Source: a virus
Taxonomy: Duplodnaviria; Caudoviricetes
Direction: 5' to 3' (one strand)
DNA: 34,799 nt
Virus record (IMG/VR): IMGVR_UViG_3300030095_001539
Location: 1-34,799 of that record
Shown piece by piece: positions 1 through 8,633 of the stretch. Positions within the stretch are counted from its first letter, which is position 1; the number at the start of each line of letters is the position of its first letter. Made by a program: the position numbers and the translations under genes. Below the pieces are notes generated by a model. It was not told the DNA's origin. It saw nothing but the letters and a program-made list of their open reading frames with translations, and did not search any database.

Positions 1-3000
1 TAAAAACTTAGGTCTACCCTTTTCATTTATAGTACTAGCATCAAATCCTAATATTTTTGCTACTTCATTTTTACTTCTAACTGTAGATATTTCTTTTAAT
101 TCTTCTATTAATTTTTTAGAAAATAATAAATCAGGTCTTGTTTGGGTTTTTCTAGCTGACGTAGCGGTAGTTCTGTCAGTTTCCCCTCTATTAACTCTAC
201 TCTCTGGTAAAAAGTCTTTAAACATTTTCTTACCAAACGCTTCGGCTAGTTTACCTTTTCTATTGCTAACAGTAGATGGTTTTTCTTTTGTAAAGAAATC
301 TACAGTAGCATCTGCACCAGGGTTTAATATGTCATAAAGCATAACACCTTGAGCTTCGTTTTCTACAAAAGCTCTACCTGAGTCTCTATACTTTCTTATA
401 TCAGCTTGAGTTGTTAGACGTCTATTAGGTTTAGTAAACATTCTAGGTTTACCTTGCTTCATTAAACCTTTATCTAGCTCTATAAGATATTTTAAATCTA
501 AATCTCTTATGTTGTTATAATTTTCTCTTACGAAGGTTTTATAGTCTTGACCTTTTAATACATTGTCTTTAATCCAGTTCTTAAGTTCAGCTCCAGCTAA
601 TTGATCTACTCTTGTTCTATATTTAGGATCACTAACAGGTGGTAATTTACTTACTATAGGTTCTGATATTTCTTTAAATGATTTAACTTCTTCTTGAGTT
701 AAACCTTTTTCATTACCTCTTTTTATATTTCTTCTAAATGTAGACTTAGGTTGTTCTTTAACTTCTCTATCTACCTCAGCTATAATATCTGTTGAAGTAT
801 CTTCAATGTCAAATGTTTGACCTTCACTAGTAGGCTTATCTATACTACGAGCATCAGAATCTACTCTAGTAGCATAATCTTTTTTAACATCTAATAAAGC
901 TTTCTGAGCAATACCACCTAAACCTCTTTGATCTGCTTTACCATATAAATAACTAAACAAACTTCTTCTATTTCCATCTACTACAGGTTTAAAATTATTT
1001 AAAGCTCTAAGCTGTAAATTTTCTTTTATCTTTCTATTAACCTCTTCTTTAACCTCAGAGTCTAATCCTTGTAAATTATTATCTCTATTTATTAATTGAT
1101 TTATATAGTTGTTAAATTGAGAATTATTTTCTATGTTTTCAAAAGCGTCTATAGCTGCTTCACTGTTTTTAAAATCTTCATTAGTGACTAAGTCTTCTGT
1201 AATGTTTTGATCAAAAGAATTAGACATAGATCTAGTATCAACACTTATAGGTTTAGAAGCAACCATTTTAACAGGTTGTTTAGCAGGTTCTTTTATTGGT
1301 ACAACTCTAGTAGTTTTAGATGTAGAAAGAGTAGGTTGTTCTTTTATATTATCTTCTGCAAGAGATTTCAATTCTTCTTGAGCTAAAACTTCACCTTTAG
1401 TTCTTAGATCTTGATCAATGTTAACCTCTCCTTTTACAGCTCTTTTTTGAGCTTTAGTTACGTTACCTTCTTTTAAGTTGTCAGCATAATCATTTAATAC
1501 TTCTAATATATTGTTTTCGTTAATATCTAGTTTCATACCTAGATTTTGATAGAGTCTTCTAATTCCTCTCTTTAGCTGTCTAGAAACAGAGTTATTTGTA
1601 TCAAAAAGACCCCTTTCTCTTAACTGAGTATAGTAAGGCATAACCTCTTGCATCACTGCGTTACCATCATAGTTTTCGTCTTCTCTATATTTATCTAATT
1701 GCCTATCTAATACTGCTGCTGCTTTTGGATTTTGCTTTCGCATTTCGTTCATAACCTTATCAGCAAGCGCGTAAACTATATTTTTATTTTCTAATTTTGA
1801 AAAAGCAATGTCAGTAAATAAATGAGTCCCCTCGTGAATATCAACTCCTTCTGCTGCGTTTTGTGATAATAATATTACTCCTTTTGAAGGTATATAACTA
1901 CCTTCGTTTCTAAACTCTCCGTTTTCGTCTACTAATTGATCTACGTCTATACCATATTCATCTGCTATAGACTGAGCTTCTGCTGGTGAAAATACTCTTA
2001 CTGCAGTTTGCTTAGGATCAAAATCTATCTTATTAGCTTCTACTTGCTCTTGTACTTCTTCCTCTGTAAGATTTGGATTTTCATCTCTTATTACTTTTTC
2101 TATATCTTTATTATCTAGATTTACTTTTTCTTCTGTGCTTATCACAAGAGCTTCTTCTAGCGATGATACAGTCTTATCTTTATCTACTTTAGCGTTGTTA
2201 CTATCACCAGAAACATCAGCCATTTCGTTATTTATAGCTTCTATCTGTTTATCTATTCTACCAGTAGAACCTTTAGCTAAATTTTTCTTTTTATTTTCTA
2301 ATGCTTTTTTACGTTGAAGCAGAGCTGCTATTTGCATCTGAGCTCTACCATTCAAACCGTCGTCTATTTCATTATAAAGATTATAAGTTTCATTTGCGTC
2401 TTGAATTTTTTGTTTTTTATCAGCGTCACTAAGTGTATTATCAGAAGATATTTTACTTATTTCATTTTGCAAAGCATCTGCATCTCTAGCCGTATTAGCA
2501 TAAAACTCATATAGCTTATCTGTTTGCTGTCTTTCTTGAAATGTAGTATTTTTTTCGTAATCACTTAGTATAGCTTCGCTTGGGCTTGAAGCCATAGTAA
2601 AAGCAGTACCACCAGCGCCTGATAGAAAAGACACTTGCATCATATGGTTTAATTGCTTTTTAAATTCAGGACTGTCAAAATCTGGTATATCAAAATTTAT
2701 ATCATCACCAGTGGAGTTTTGAAACCATTCATCTATTTGTATAGCACTGTAAAACTGAGTAGTTTCTTCTATTGTTTCTAATAAACCTGCAGTTGTAAAT
2801 TTTTTACCACCTCTAATTACTTTAGCAGCACTATCACCTAAGTACTTATTAACAGCTATTTGAACTTCTCTAGCAGTTACATTACCATTAGTTAATTTTC
2901 TTAGTACATGATTAGTTATATTATTAACCATGTCTGTTGATTTTTTACCTGGTATTTTACCACTTAAAATCTTACCAGATAAATGAGACAAAGCACCTTC

Positions 3001-5733
3001 TACAGCTGCTTGAGTGTAAGCATATAGCATTTGTCTAGACTTTGGATATGACTCTTCGTATCTTTTCATAGCGTCTTTTCTGCTAACGCCATTTTCCATT
3101 AATTCTTTTACATACTCTTTTTGTCTGTTTTGATTTGCAACATTACTTTGAGACATGCTACTTAAAAAGAAACCAGCACCTAACCCACCTAGTGGAGCAC
3201 CCATAGCAGAGGCTGCCATTTGAGTAAATGCAACTATAGTTCCACCTACTAAGCTGTCTGCAAATTTTTGAGAATATTTTTCATCATTTCCTATACCTAC
3301 TAGCTTATCAACTATTGCTTTTTTAGTTGACTCCATAGTAGCTTCTTGTGATTTAAAAGTAGCTAAATTAGCGTTATATTCTCCTTCAGATATTAAACCC
3401 ATTGAATTACCCACGTTGTTTATTCCTCTAGCAAAATCACGCATTATATCATTAAAACCAGCTTGAGTATCTACAAATTGAGTAGCAAAAACATCGTATA
3501 CTTCTGTAAATGGATTACCAGAAAATTCTTGATTTTGTTTTCTAGCAACTCTGTCGTTATTTTTATATCTTAACACAGCTTTTAAACCTTCTAATGTTTC
3601 GTAGTTGTTTAAATATGATTCTATATTGAAAGATATTCTACCTGTCTCAACTTCTAAGTCTTTATTTTTCTGTATTAAAACATCTATTTGTTCTTTTTCT
3701 TTTTCATAAAGATCAGTATAGTCATCAATTAAACCGTTGACATTATCTAATCTTTTTTCTTCCTGCTTGTCTTCCCACTTTTGATACTTTTTTACTAAAG
3801 CGTCTGCATCATCTGGATTTTCAGTAACAGCTATTTTTAGTTCTTCTCTTTTAGATGTTACATTATCTACATAAGCCTTGTTTATATCTTCTATCTCGCT
3901 TTTAGTAGTTTCTAGCTTGTTAGTAACGTTTTTAGCAAGGCTTTCACTTTCTGCGTTATTTTCTTTATACTTATCTATAATCTCTTCTCCTCTTTTTTGC
4001 TCATCTTGTATTTTATTTACTAAGCCTTTTTCTTTATTCTCTATCTCTCTATTTTGTTGTTTAATTGCTTTATCACTTCCTTCATAATATCTTGGTAATG
4101 CTCCTTCTCCATCATATGTATATTCAGCGGCGTTGTCTTTAACAAACTTCATATAATTAGCTATGTCTTCAGGAGTTTCTTCACTTTGAAATATATTTAT
4201 ATCTTTTTTACCCAGTGTCAAACTTGAAGATAATCCTTCTCTCTGCATTGCTTTGTTGAAAGCGTTTCTTTGTTGCGATCCACTTTTTAAATAATCTTTT
4301 AAAGGCTCTAAACCGTTTGCTTCTAGAGTTGCATTATAATCTATATCTCCATTTTCTTCAAATACAGGGTTTTTATAAGTTATAACTTCTTTACCATCTA
4401 CTATAGTTCCTAAACCGTGGTTTAAATAATTATTATTTAATTTAGTTGCTATATCTCTAGGGTTTTCACTAGATAAAAACCTAGCTCCATCATAGACCAT
4501 TTTATCACTAAAAGGATTCCAAACTTGATGAAAATCATTTTCTCTACCTTTTATCTCAAACTCACCACTATCGTTGTCAAACTTGTAGTATTTAGTTCCA
4601 GAGTTTGGCAGTACATTTTGAATATTAGGGATTTCTTTTTCTTCTCCTATATTTTCTGTGTTTCTGTTTAAATAGTCTCTATTAGAAGCTCTTAAAGCGT
4701 TTTGATTAACTAGATTATCATATCTCCTTATCTCTTTCTCTTTTTCTTGCTGTAGCTTTTCTATTTCTTTTTCGTCTGTTGCATCTTTTATTTTACTATT
4801 TAAATCTTTTAATTTGCTTAAATGACCTTCTTCATCTATGTCTAATAAAGATAAATCTTGAGCTTGACTAGCAGTAACTTCAACACCAGGCAGTATGTTG
4901 TCTTTTTGAGTAATTACCCCAGCATCTTTATATATATAAGCATTTAGTTCTTTATCTTTGATAGCCACTGGTTTTCCTTCAAAAAGAATAGGATTACCAT
5001 CTGCATCTGCACCTGTTTGATATACTGGTATGTAAAAATTACCTTGATCTCTAAGAACACTTCCTTTTATAACTTCATCTTCTATTTTAAATACATCTTC
5101 GTCAACAAAATCTTTAGATGTTTTATCAAGCTTTTTTAATTTTACAAGATTTTTAGAAACATCTAATTCACCTTCGCCTTTTAAATCTTTTTCTTTAAAT
5201 AACGATATATCAATCTCACCTGTATTTTTATAGTGGTCATAAGCATCTTTTTCTGATCTAAGTTGGCCTCTAGATGGATTGTCGAACTCTGCTTTCTTTC
5301 GCTCTTCAAAAGCTGTATAGTCAAAAGGTTTTACTTGTTGCTGAGTGTTTTTGTCTATATCAAAAGTTACTTTAGCTTCTTTAAACTTCTCACCATCAAT
5401 ATCTATCTCTTCTAAAATATCTATTTCTTCACCTTTTGGTATGCCTACTTGATTTTTAGATGCAACATATTTTTTAGGTGGATCAGAAATTTCAGGTTTT
5501 TGTTTTAGCTGTTCAGTGTCTTCTTTTGGTAAAACCAAAGAAATATTTTCCTGCTTGGATTCCGTACTGTCCGTAGGACTTGCCACTACAGGTGCAGCAT
5601 CCGTTGCAGTGGCCTGAGGCTTTTCCACCTCTGTAGGTTTGTTGTCAATATCCCATTGTTTAACTAATTCTATAGTTTGTTCTTTAGTCTTACCTTGGTC
5701 TAGCATAGACTGAGCATACTCTTTTCTAGTCAT
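1..5733 (-). CDS. Giant virion cargo/ejection polyvalent protein (>1911 aa, 3' end truncated by window edge) with hydrophobic segment, HExxH zincin motif and sigma-region-2-like segment
   Basis: Absent from the ORF track because no stop is reached. ATG at 5733 gives MTRKEYAQSMLDQGKTKEQ. Every segment I translated is open in the same frame, including positions 1-60 (AKILGFDASTINEKGRPKFL). Gly/Ala hydrophobic stretch TIVAFTQMAASAMGAPLGGLGAGFFLSS at about 3150-3240; HEGTH at 1822-1836. Lies after tail and ejection genes, as in crAss-like phages. Confidence 0.85.
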   Translation of the reverse strand, partial: MTRKEYAQSMLDQGKTKEQTIELVKQWDIDNKPTEVEKPQATATDAAPVVASPTDSTESKQENISLVLPKEDTEQLKQKPEISDPPKKYVASKNQVGIPKGEEIDILEEIDIDGEKFKEAKVTFDIDKNTQQQVKPFDYTAFEERKKAEFDNPSRGQLRSEKDAYDHYKNTGEIDISLFKEKDLKGEGELDVSKNLVKLKKLDKTSKDFVDEDVFKIEDEVIKGSVLRDQGNFYIPVYQTGADADGNPILFEGKPVAIKDKELNAYIYKDAGVITQKDNILPGVEVTASQAQDLSLLDIDEEGHLSKLKDLNSKIKDATDEKEIEKLQQEKEKEIRRYDNLVNQNALRASNRDYLNRNTENIGEEKEIPNIQNVLPNSGTKYYKFDNDSGEFEIKGRENDFHQVWNPFSDKMVYDGARFLSSENPRDIATKLNNNYLNHGLGTIVDGKEVITYKNPVFEENGDIDYNATLEANGLEPLKDYLKSGSQQRNAFNKAMQREGLSSSLTLGKKDINIFQSEETPEDIANYMKFVKDNAAEYTYDGEGALPRYYEGSDKAIKQQNREIENKEKGLVNKIQDEQKRGEEIIDKYKENNAESESLAKNVTNKLETTKSEIEDINKAYVDNVTSKREELKIAVTENPDDADALVKKYQKWEDKQEEKRLDNVNGLIDDYTDLYEKEKEQIDVLIQKNKDLEVETGRISFNIESYLNNYETLEGLKAVLRYKNNDRVARKQNQEFSGNPFTEVYDVFATQFVDTQAGFNDIMRDFARGINNVGNSMGLISEGEYNANLATFKSQEATMESTKKAIVDKLVGIGNDEKYSQKFADSLVGGTIVAFTQMAASAMGAPLGGLGAGFFLSSMSQSNVANQNRQKEYVKELMENGVSRKDAMKRYEESYPKSRQMLYAYTQAAVEGALSHLSGKILSGKIPGKKSTDMVNNITNHVLRKLTNGNVTAREVQIAVNKYLGDSAAKVIRGGKKFTTAGLLETIEETTQFYSAIQIDEWFQNSTGDDINFDIPDFDSPEFKKQLNHMMQVSFLSGAGGTAFTMASSPSEAILSDYEKNTTFQERQQTDKLYEFYANTARDADALQNEISKISSDNTLSDADKKQKIQDANETYNLYNEIDDGLNGRAQMQIAALLQRKKALENKKKNLAKGSTGRIDKQIEAINNEMADVSGDSNNAKVDKDKTVSSLEEALVISTEEKVNLDNKDIEKVIRDENPNLTEEEVQEQVEANKIDFDPKQTAVRVFSPAEAQSIADEYGIDVDQLVDENGEFRNEGSYIPSKGVILLSQNAAEGVDIHEGTHLFTDIAFSKLENKNIVYALADKVMNEMRKQNPKAAAVLDRQLDKYREDENYDGNAVMQEVMPYYTQLRERGLFDTNNSVSRQLKRGIRRLYQNLGMKLDINENNILEVLNDYADNLKEGNVTKAQKRAVKGEVNIDQDLRTKGEVLAQEELKSLAEDNIKEQPTLSTSKTTRVVPIKEPAKQPVKMVASKPISVDTRSMSNSFDQNITEDLVTNEDFKNSEAAIDAFENIENNSQFNNYINQLINRDNNLQGLDSEVKEEVNRKIKENLQLRALNNFKPVVDGNRRSLFSYLYGKADQRGLGGIAQKALLDVKKDYATRVDSDARSIDKPTSEGQTFDIEDTSTDIIAEVDREVKEQPKSTFRRNIKRGNEKGLTQEEVKSFKEISEPIVSKLPPVSDPKYRTRVDQLAGAELKNWIKDNVLKGQDYKTFVRENYNNIRDLDLKYLIELDKGLMKQGKPRMFTKPNRRLTTQADIRKYRDSGRAFVENEAQGVMLYDILNPGADATVDFFTKEKPSTVSNRKGKLAEAFGKKMFKDFLPESRVNRGETDRTTATSARKTQTRPDLLFSKKLIEELKEISTVRSKNEVAKILGFDASTINEKGRPKFL
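5513..5626 (-). other. Candidate programmed -1 frameshift cassette (G_GAA_AAG, 6-nt spacer, 9-bp stem-loop) and 35-codon transframe tail
   Basis: GTG GAA AAG at 5628-5620; spacer CCTCAG; stem GCCACTGCA (5613-5605) pairs with TGTAGTGGC (5590-5582). The -1 frame reads ASGHCNGCCTCSGKSYGQYGIQAGKYFFGFTKRRH and stops at TGA 5515-5513. Confidence 0.55.
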
Positions 5734-5740
5734 AATTTAA

Positions 5741-7627
5741 TTATTTTGTAAGATTGTTAACTAAGTCTTCTGCTGATTCTTCTTCCTCTTCATCAAACAT
5801 ATCTATTCTATTTTTCCAAGTATTATCATACTTTTTTGGATCTAAATCTTTATATATGTCTCTTTTAGCTTGTTTAATTTTTTCATTAAAAGCAACTGGA
5901 TCTTCTTGCATTAATTTTTCAATTTCTTCTTTTTTCTCTTTCCATAAATCACCATGCTCTGCTTCATCTCTAGCTTCTCTTAATGTTAAATCTCCATTAG
6001 CTAATAACATCAAATCTAAAGTGCTCATGCTACTATTAAACTCATAATCTGCAAGCTGTTGTCTTATTTGTTTAGGATATTCTGAAGGAACTTTACTCAT
6101 GTATTCTTCTTCAAATATTATTTGAGCACCTTCTCTAGTTAAATCTCCATTGTCATCTCTATACTTGTCGTATTTTTTATTTGCATATTTAGGATCGGTA
6201 AAACCAAAATCTTGTAGCCCGCCACCAGTTCCTGATCCAGACTTGCTTTCATAATCAAATATTTTAGAAGCTGTATTGTATACAAAATCATCTTTCTCTT
6301 TTTCTTTTTTACTTTCTATATTTATGTTCCCCTCTTCAGTTTCTCCTTCAACTTGTAAATCTTCAGGTAATTTTTCTTCTTCAACTTCTAAATTTTTAGC
6401 ACTCTCTGCGATTTGTTTGTTGACGTCTTCTGTAGGATCATCCAATGCTATTTGCATTGAAGCAGCTCCCGCTTCTAGTGATTGATTAGCTAAAAAATCT
6501 AACGCAGGTTTATAATACTCATCATAAAAAGCTTGATAAAGCTCTTTATCTTCTTTAGTAGCGTTTTCTCTAGTAGCATTAGCTATTATCTCATCTGATG
6601 ATAAACCGTTCCAAGCATCAGGGTCGTCGCCTGTAGGCCATTGATTTTTAACTAAACCAGCTTCATACATTTGATCTTCCCAAATACTTTCAGCTATATT
6701 TCCATCTCCTTGTAATAAGCCTCTAAAGCTACCACCTGTTGCTTTTTCTTTAGGTTTTGAAGGATCATCCCCCATTATACTATTTTTATAATCCACCTGC
6801 TGCTGAGGTGTCATACTATAAGTATCGTTAGCGCCTTTTGTTATAAATGTTGGGTTATAAACACCTTCGTCATTTTTGTTTTTAACAATATCGCCGTAAA
6901 ATCCTATAGTTGTTTCTTCAGTTGGTATTGCATATTTTAAATAATCTTCACCTCTGTCTTGAGATCTATTAAATTCAGTTATATTAAGAGATGTATCACT
7001 TTTAGTGTCATAAAGTATTATATTATTACCTTCTCTTTTAAACTCTATATCTTCAGCCTCACTTCCACCACCTGTTATTTTTCTTATTATTTGCAATTGA
7101 CTAGATGGAGCTCCAGCGTTACTTAATTTACCACCACTGTTAAGATCTGCTGTAGAAGCTTCTTTAATTGCTGAGTTAAAAGCCAACATATTAGCAACAC
7201 CTTTCCCATACTCATCAATCATATTTTCTATATTTGCTAAATCTTGCATGCCTAAAGAAGGGTCTTTCATGTTCTTCATATTGTTTTTAATACCATAATA
7301 GTCGTCTATTATACCATTCATAAAAACATCTGCTTTTTTATCAGTTCCTTCATATCCAGTTTCATAATCTGCACTACCTACTTTTTTATATAATTTTTGA
7401 GTTGCATTAGCATAATCTTTGTTTAGTTCAGCTAAACCATCTGCTTTAGGTGCTATGGCTTGAGTGGCAAAAGTACTTGCTATATTAGTCAAAGCAGATA
7501 AATTTTGACTAGTTCTAGCTTGCTGGGTAGCTTCTCTTTGAGAACTTCTTTTTAGCGATTGATCTAGTAGAGTTTGATTCAACTCTAAAGCACCGTCTTT
7601 CATTTGTTTTGGTTGTCTATAACTCAT
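5741..7627 (-). CDS. Internal virion/ejection protein with C-terminal GH108-like (lysozyme-fold) domain
   Basis: 628 aa, acidic and helical. C-terminal IFDYES...DFGFT...DLTREGAQIIFEEEY...PKQIRQQLADYEFNS...TWKNRI follows the GH108 / PG-binding pattern. Position is within the cargo gene block. Confidence 0.6.
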   Translation of the reverse strand: MSYRQPKQMKDGALELNQTLLDQSLKRSSQREATQQARTSQNLSALTNIASTFATQAIAPKADGLAELNKDYANATQKLYKKVGSADYETGYEGTDKKADVFMNGIIDDYYGIKNNMKNMKDPSLGMQDLANIENMIDEYGKGVANMLAFNSAIKEASTADLNSGGKLSNAGAPSSQLQIIRKITGGGSEAEDIEFKREGNNIILYDTKSDTSLNITEFNRSQDRGEDYLKYAIPTEETTIGFYGDIVKNKNDEGVYNPTFITKGANDTYSMTPQQQVDYKNSIMGDDPSKPKEKATGGSFRGLLQGDGNIAESIWEDQMYEAGLVKNQWPTGDDPDAWNGLSSDEIIANATRENATKEDKELYQAFYDEYYKPALDFLANQSLEAGAASMQIALDDPTEDVNKQIAESAKNLEVEEEKLPEDLQVEGETEEGNINIESKKEKEKDDFVYNTASKIFDYESKSGSGTGGGLQDFGFTDPKYANKKYDKYRDDNGDLTREGAQIIFEEEYMSKVPSEYPKQIRQQLADYEFNSSMSTLDLMLLANGDLTLREARDEAEHGDLWKEKKEEIEKLMQEDPVAFNEKIKQAKRDIYKDLDPKKYDNTWKNRIDMFDEEEEESAEDLVNNLTK

Positions 7628-7638
7628 TGTATATATAT

Positions 7639-8205
7639 TTAAGCCATTATGCTGTTAGTGTAGCCAGTTTGAATAGCGTTTAAGTTGTCTAAAGTTCTTT
7701 GTTCGGTGTTATCCAATTGAGTAGCCGCCCTATCTATATCTGCATTTTGCCTGTTTTCAGTAGTATTGAACTTGAACTTTTCACCTTCCGCTATTTGAGT
7801 CTGCAATTGTTGTGCTCCTTGTGCAGCTAATTTTTGATTATTTGCCTCTTGTTGCTCTAGTGATGCTGCTATACTTTTTTTACTTTGCAATGCTGCTTGC
7901 GCTAATGCTGTAGCACCACCAGCACCACCACCTGTAGCTGCTATAGTATCTAGTGTGTTTGCTAAAGCTATATCTGTTTGTTCAGCTTGAAACTCAGCAG
8001 CTTGAGTAGCAACTCCTAGATTAGCCATTTGATTAGTCATACCTGCATATGGGTTTATAGCCGGTTGTCTATTCTTTAATAAATTATCTAAATGATCTTT
8101 TTTTGCTTTTATTAATTTTTTAGCTTGATCTCTAGCCTCATTGATTTTATTTGCTCTATTGGTTTCTTCTATTTCGAGAGCTTTATTATTATCTTTACAA
8201 CCCAT
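7639..8205 (-). CDS. Small internal virion (ejection) protein
   Basis: 188 aa, Gln/Ala-rich coiled-coil with a GGGAGGATALAQAAL segment; follows the GNAT-like gene as in podovirus ejection clusters. Confidence 0.6.
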   Translation of the reverse strand: MGCKDNNKALEIEETNRANKINEARDQAKKLIKAKKDHLDNLLKNRQPAINPYAGMTNQMANLGVATQAAEFQAEQTDIALANTLDTIAATGGGAGGATALAQAALQSKKSIAASLEQQEANNQKLAAQGAQQLQTQIAEGEKFKFNTTENRQNADIDRAATQLDNTEQRTLDNLNAIQTGYTNSIMA

Positions 8206-8215
8206 GTTTATTTAT

Positions 8216-8623
8216 TTACTTTATTACTTTAATTATTTTATGCAAAGGATCTTTGTCTATATGCCAGTTTTTCTTTTTAAAAGTTGATATTAAACTCTTG
8301 TTGTCACTAACAGTTATTATGTATTTTTTACCAGCTGTTTCAACCATGTTTTCTACTACGTTTACTAAAGTTATTAAAGCTTTGGCTCTAGTTATTCTAT
8401 TAGCTTTTTTGTCAGATATTATCCAGTCAAACCACACTATGTTTGAGTTACTCCAAAACAAGAAACCTGCTATTATAGGTTCGTTATTTTTTTCAATCAT
8501 AACACCACCTTTACCATTTTCTGGTAACATATCTTTAGGTACTGGATCCCAACCCCAGTCTTTCCACCATTGTACTAGTGTACTGTAATCTTTTTCTGTA
8601 AGATTTCTTACGTTTAATTCCAT
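8216..8623 (-). CDS. GNAT-fold acetyltransferase-like protein (internal virion protein A-like position)
   Basis: 135 aa with pattern VRNLTEKDY..L..WW..WGW, IIAGFLF, and C-terminal SLISTFKKKNW typical of phage GNAT-like proteins; sits between tail and ejection genes. Confidence 0.6.
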   Translation of the reverse strand: MELNVRNLTEKDYSTLVQWWKDWGWDPVPKDMLPENGKGGVMIEKNNEPIIAGFLFWSNSNIVWFDWIISDKKANRITRAKALITLVNVVENMVETAGKKYIITVSDNKSLISTFKKKNWHIDKDPLHKIIKVIK

Positions 8624-8633
8624 TTAATTTAAT

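Noticed and set aside
1-5733. Virion RNA polymerase call for the giant ORF
   Set aside because: I saw no catalytic DxDxD motif in the parts translated; it could lie beyond the window, so the call is unsupported here.
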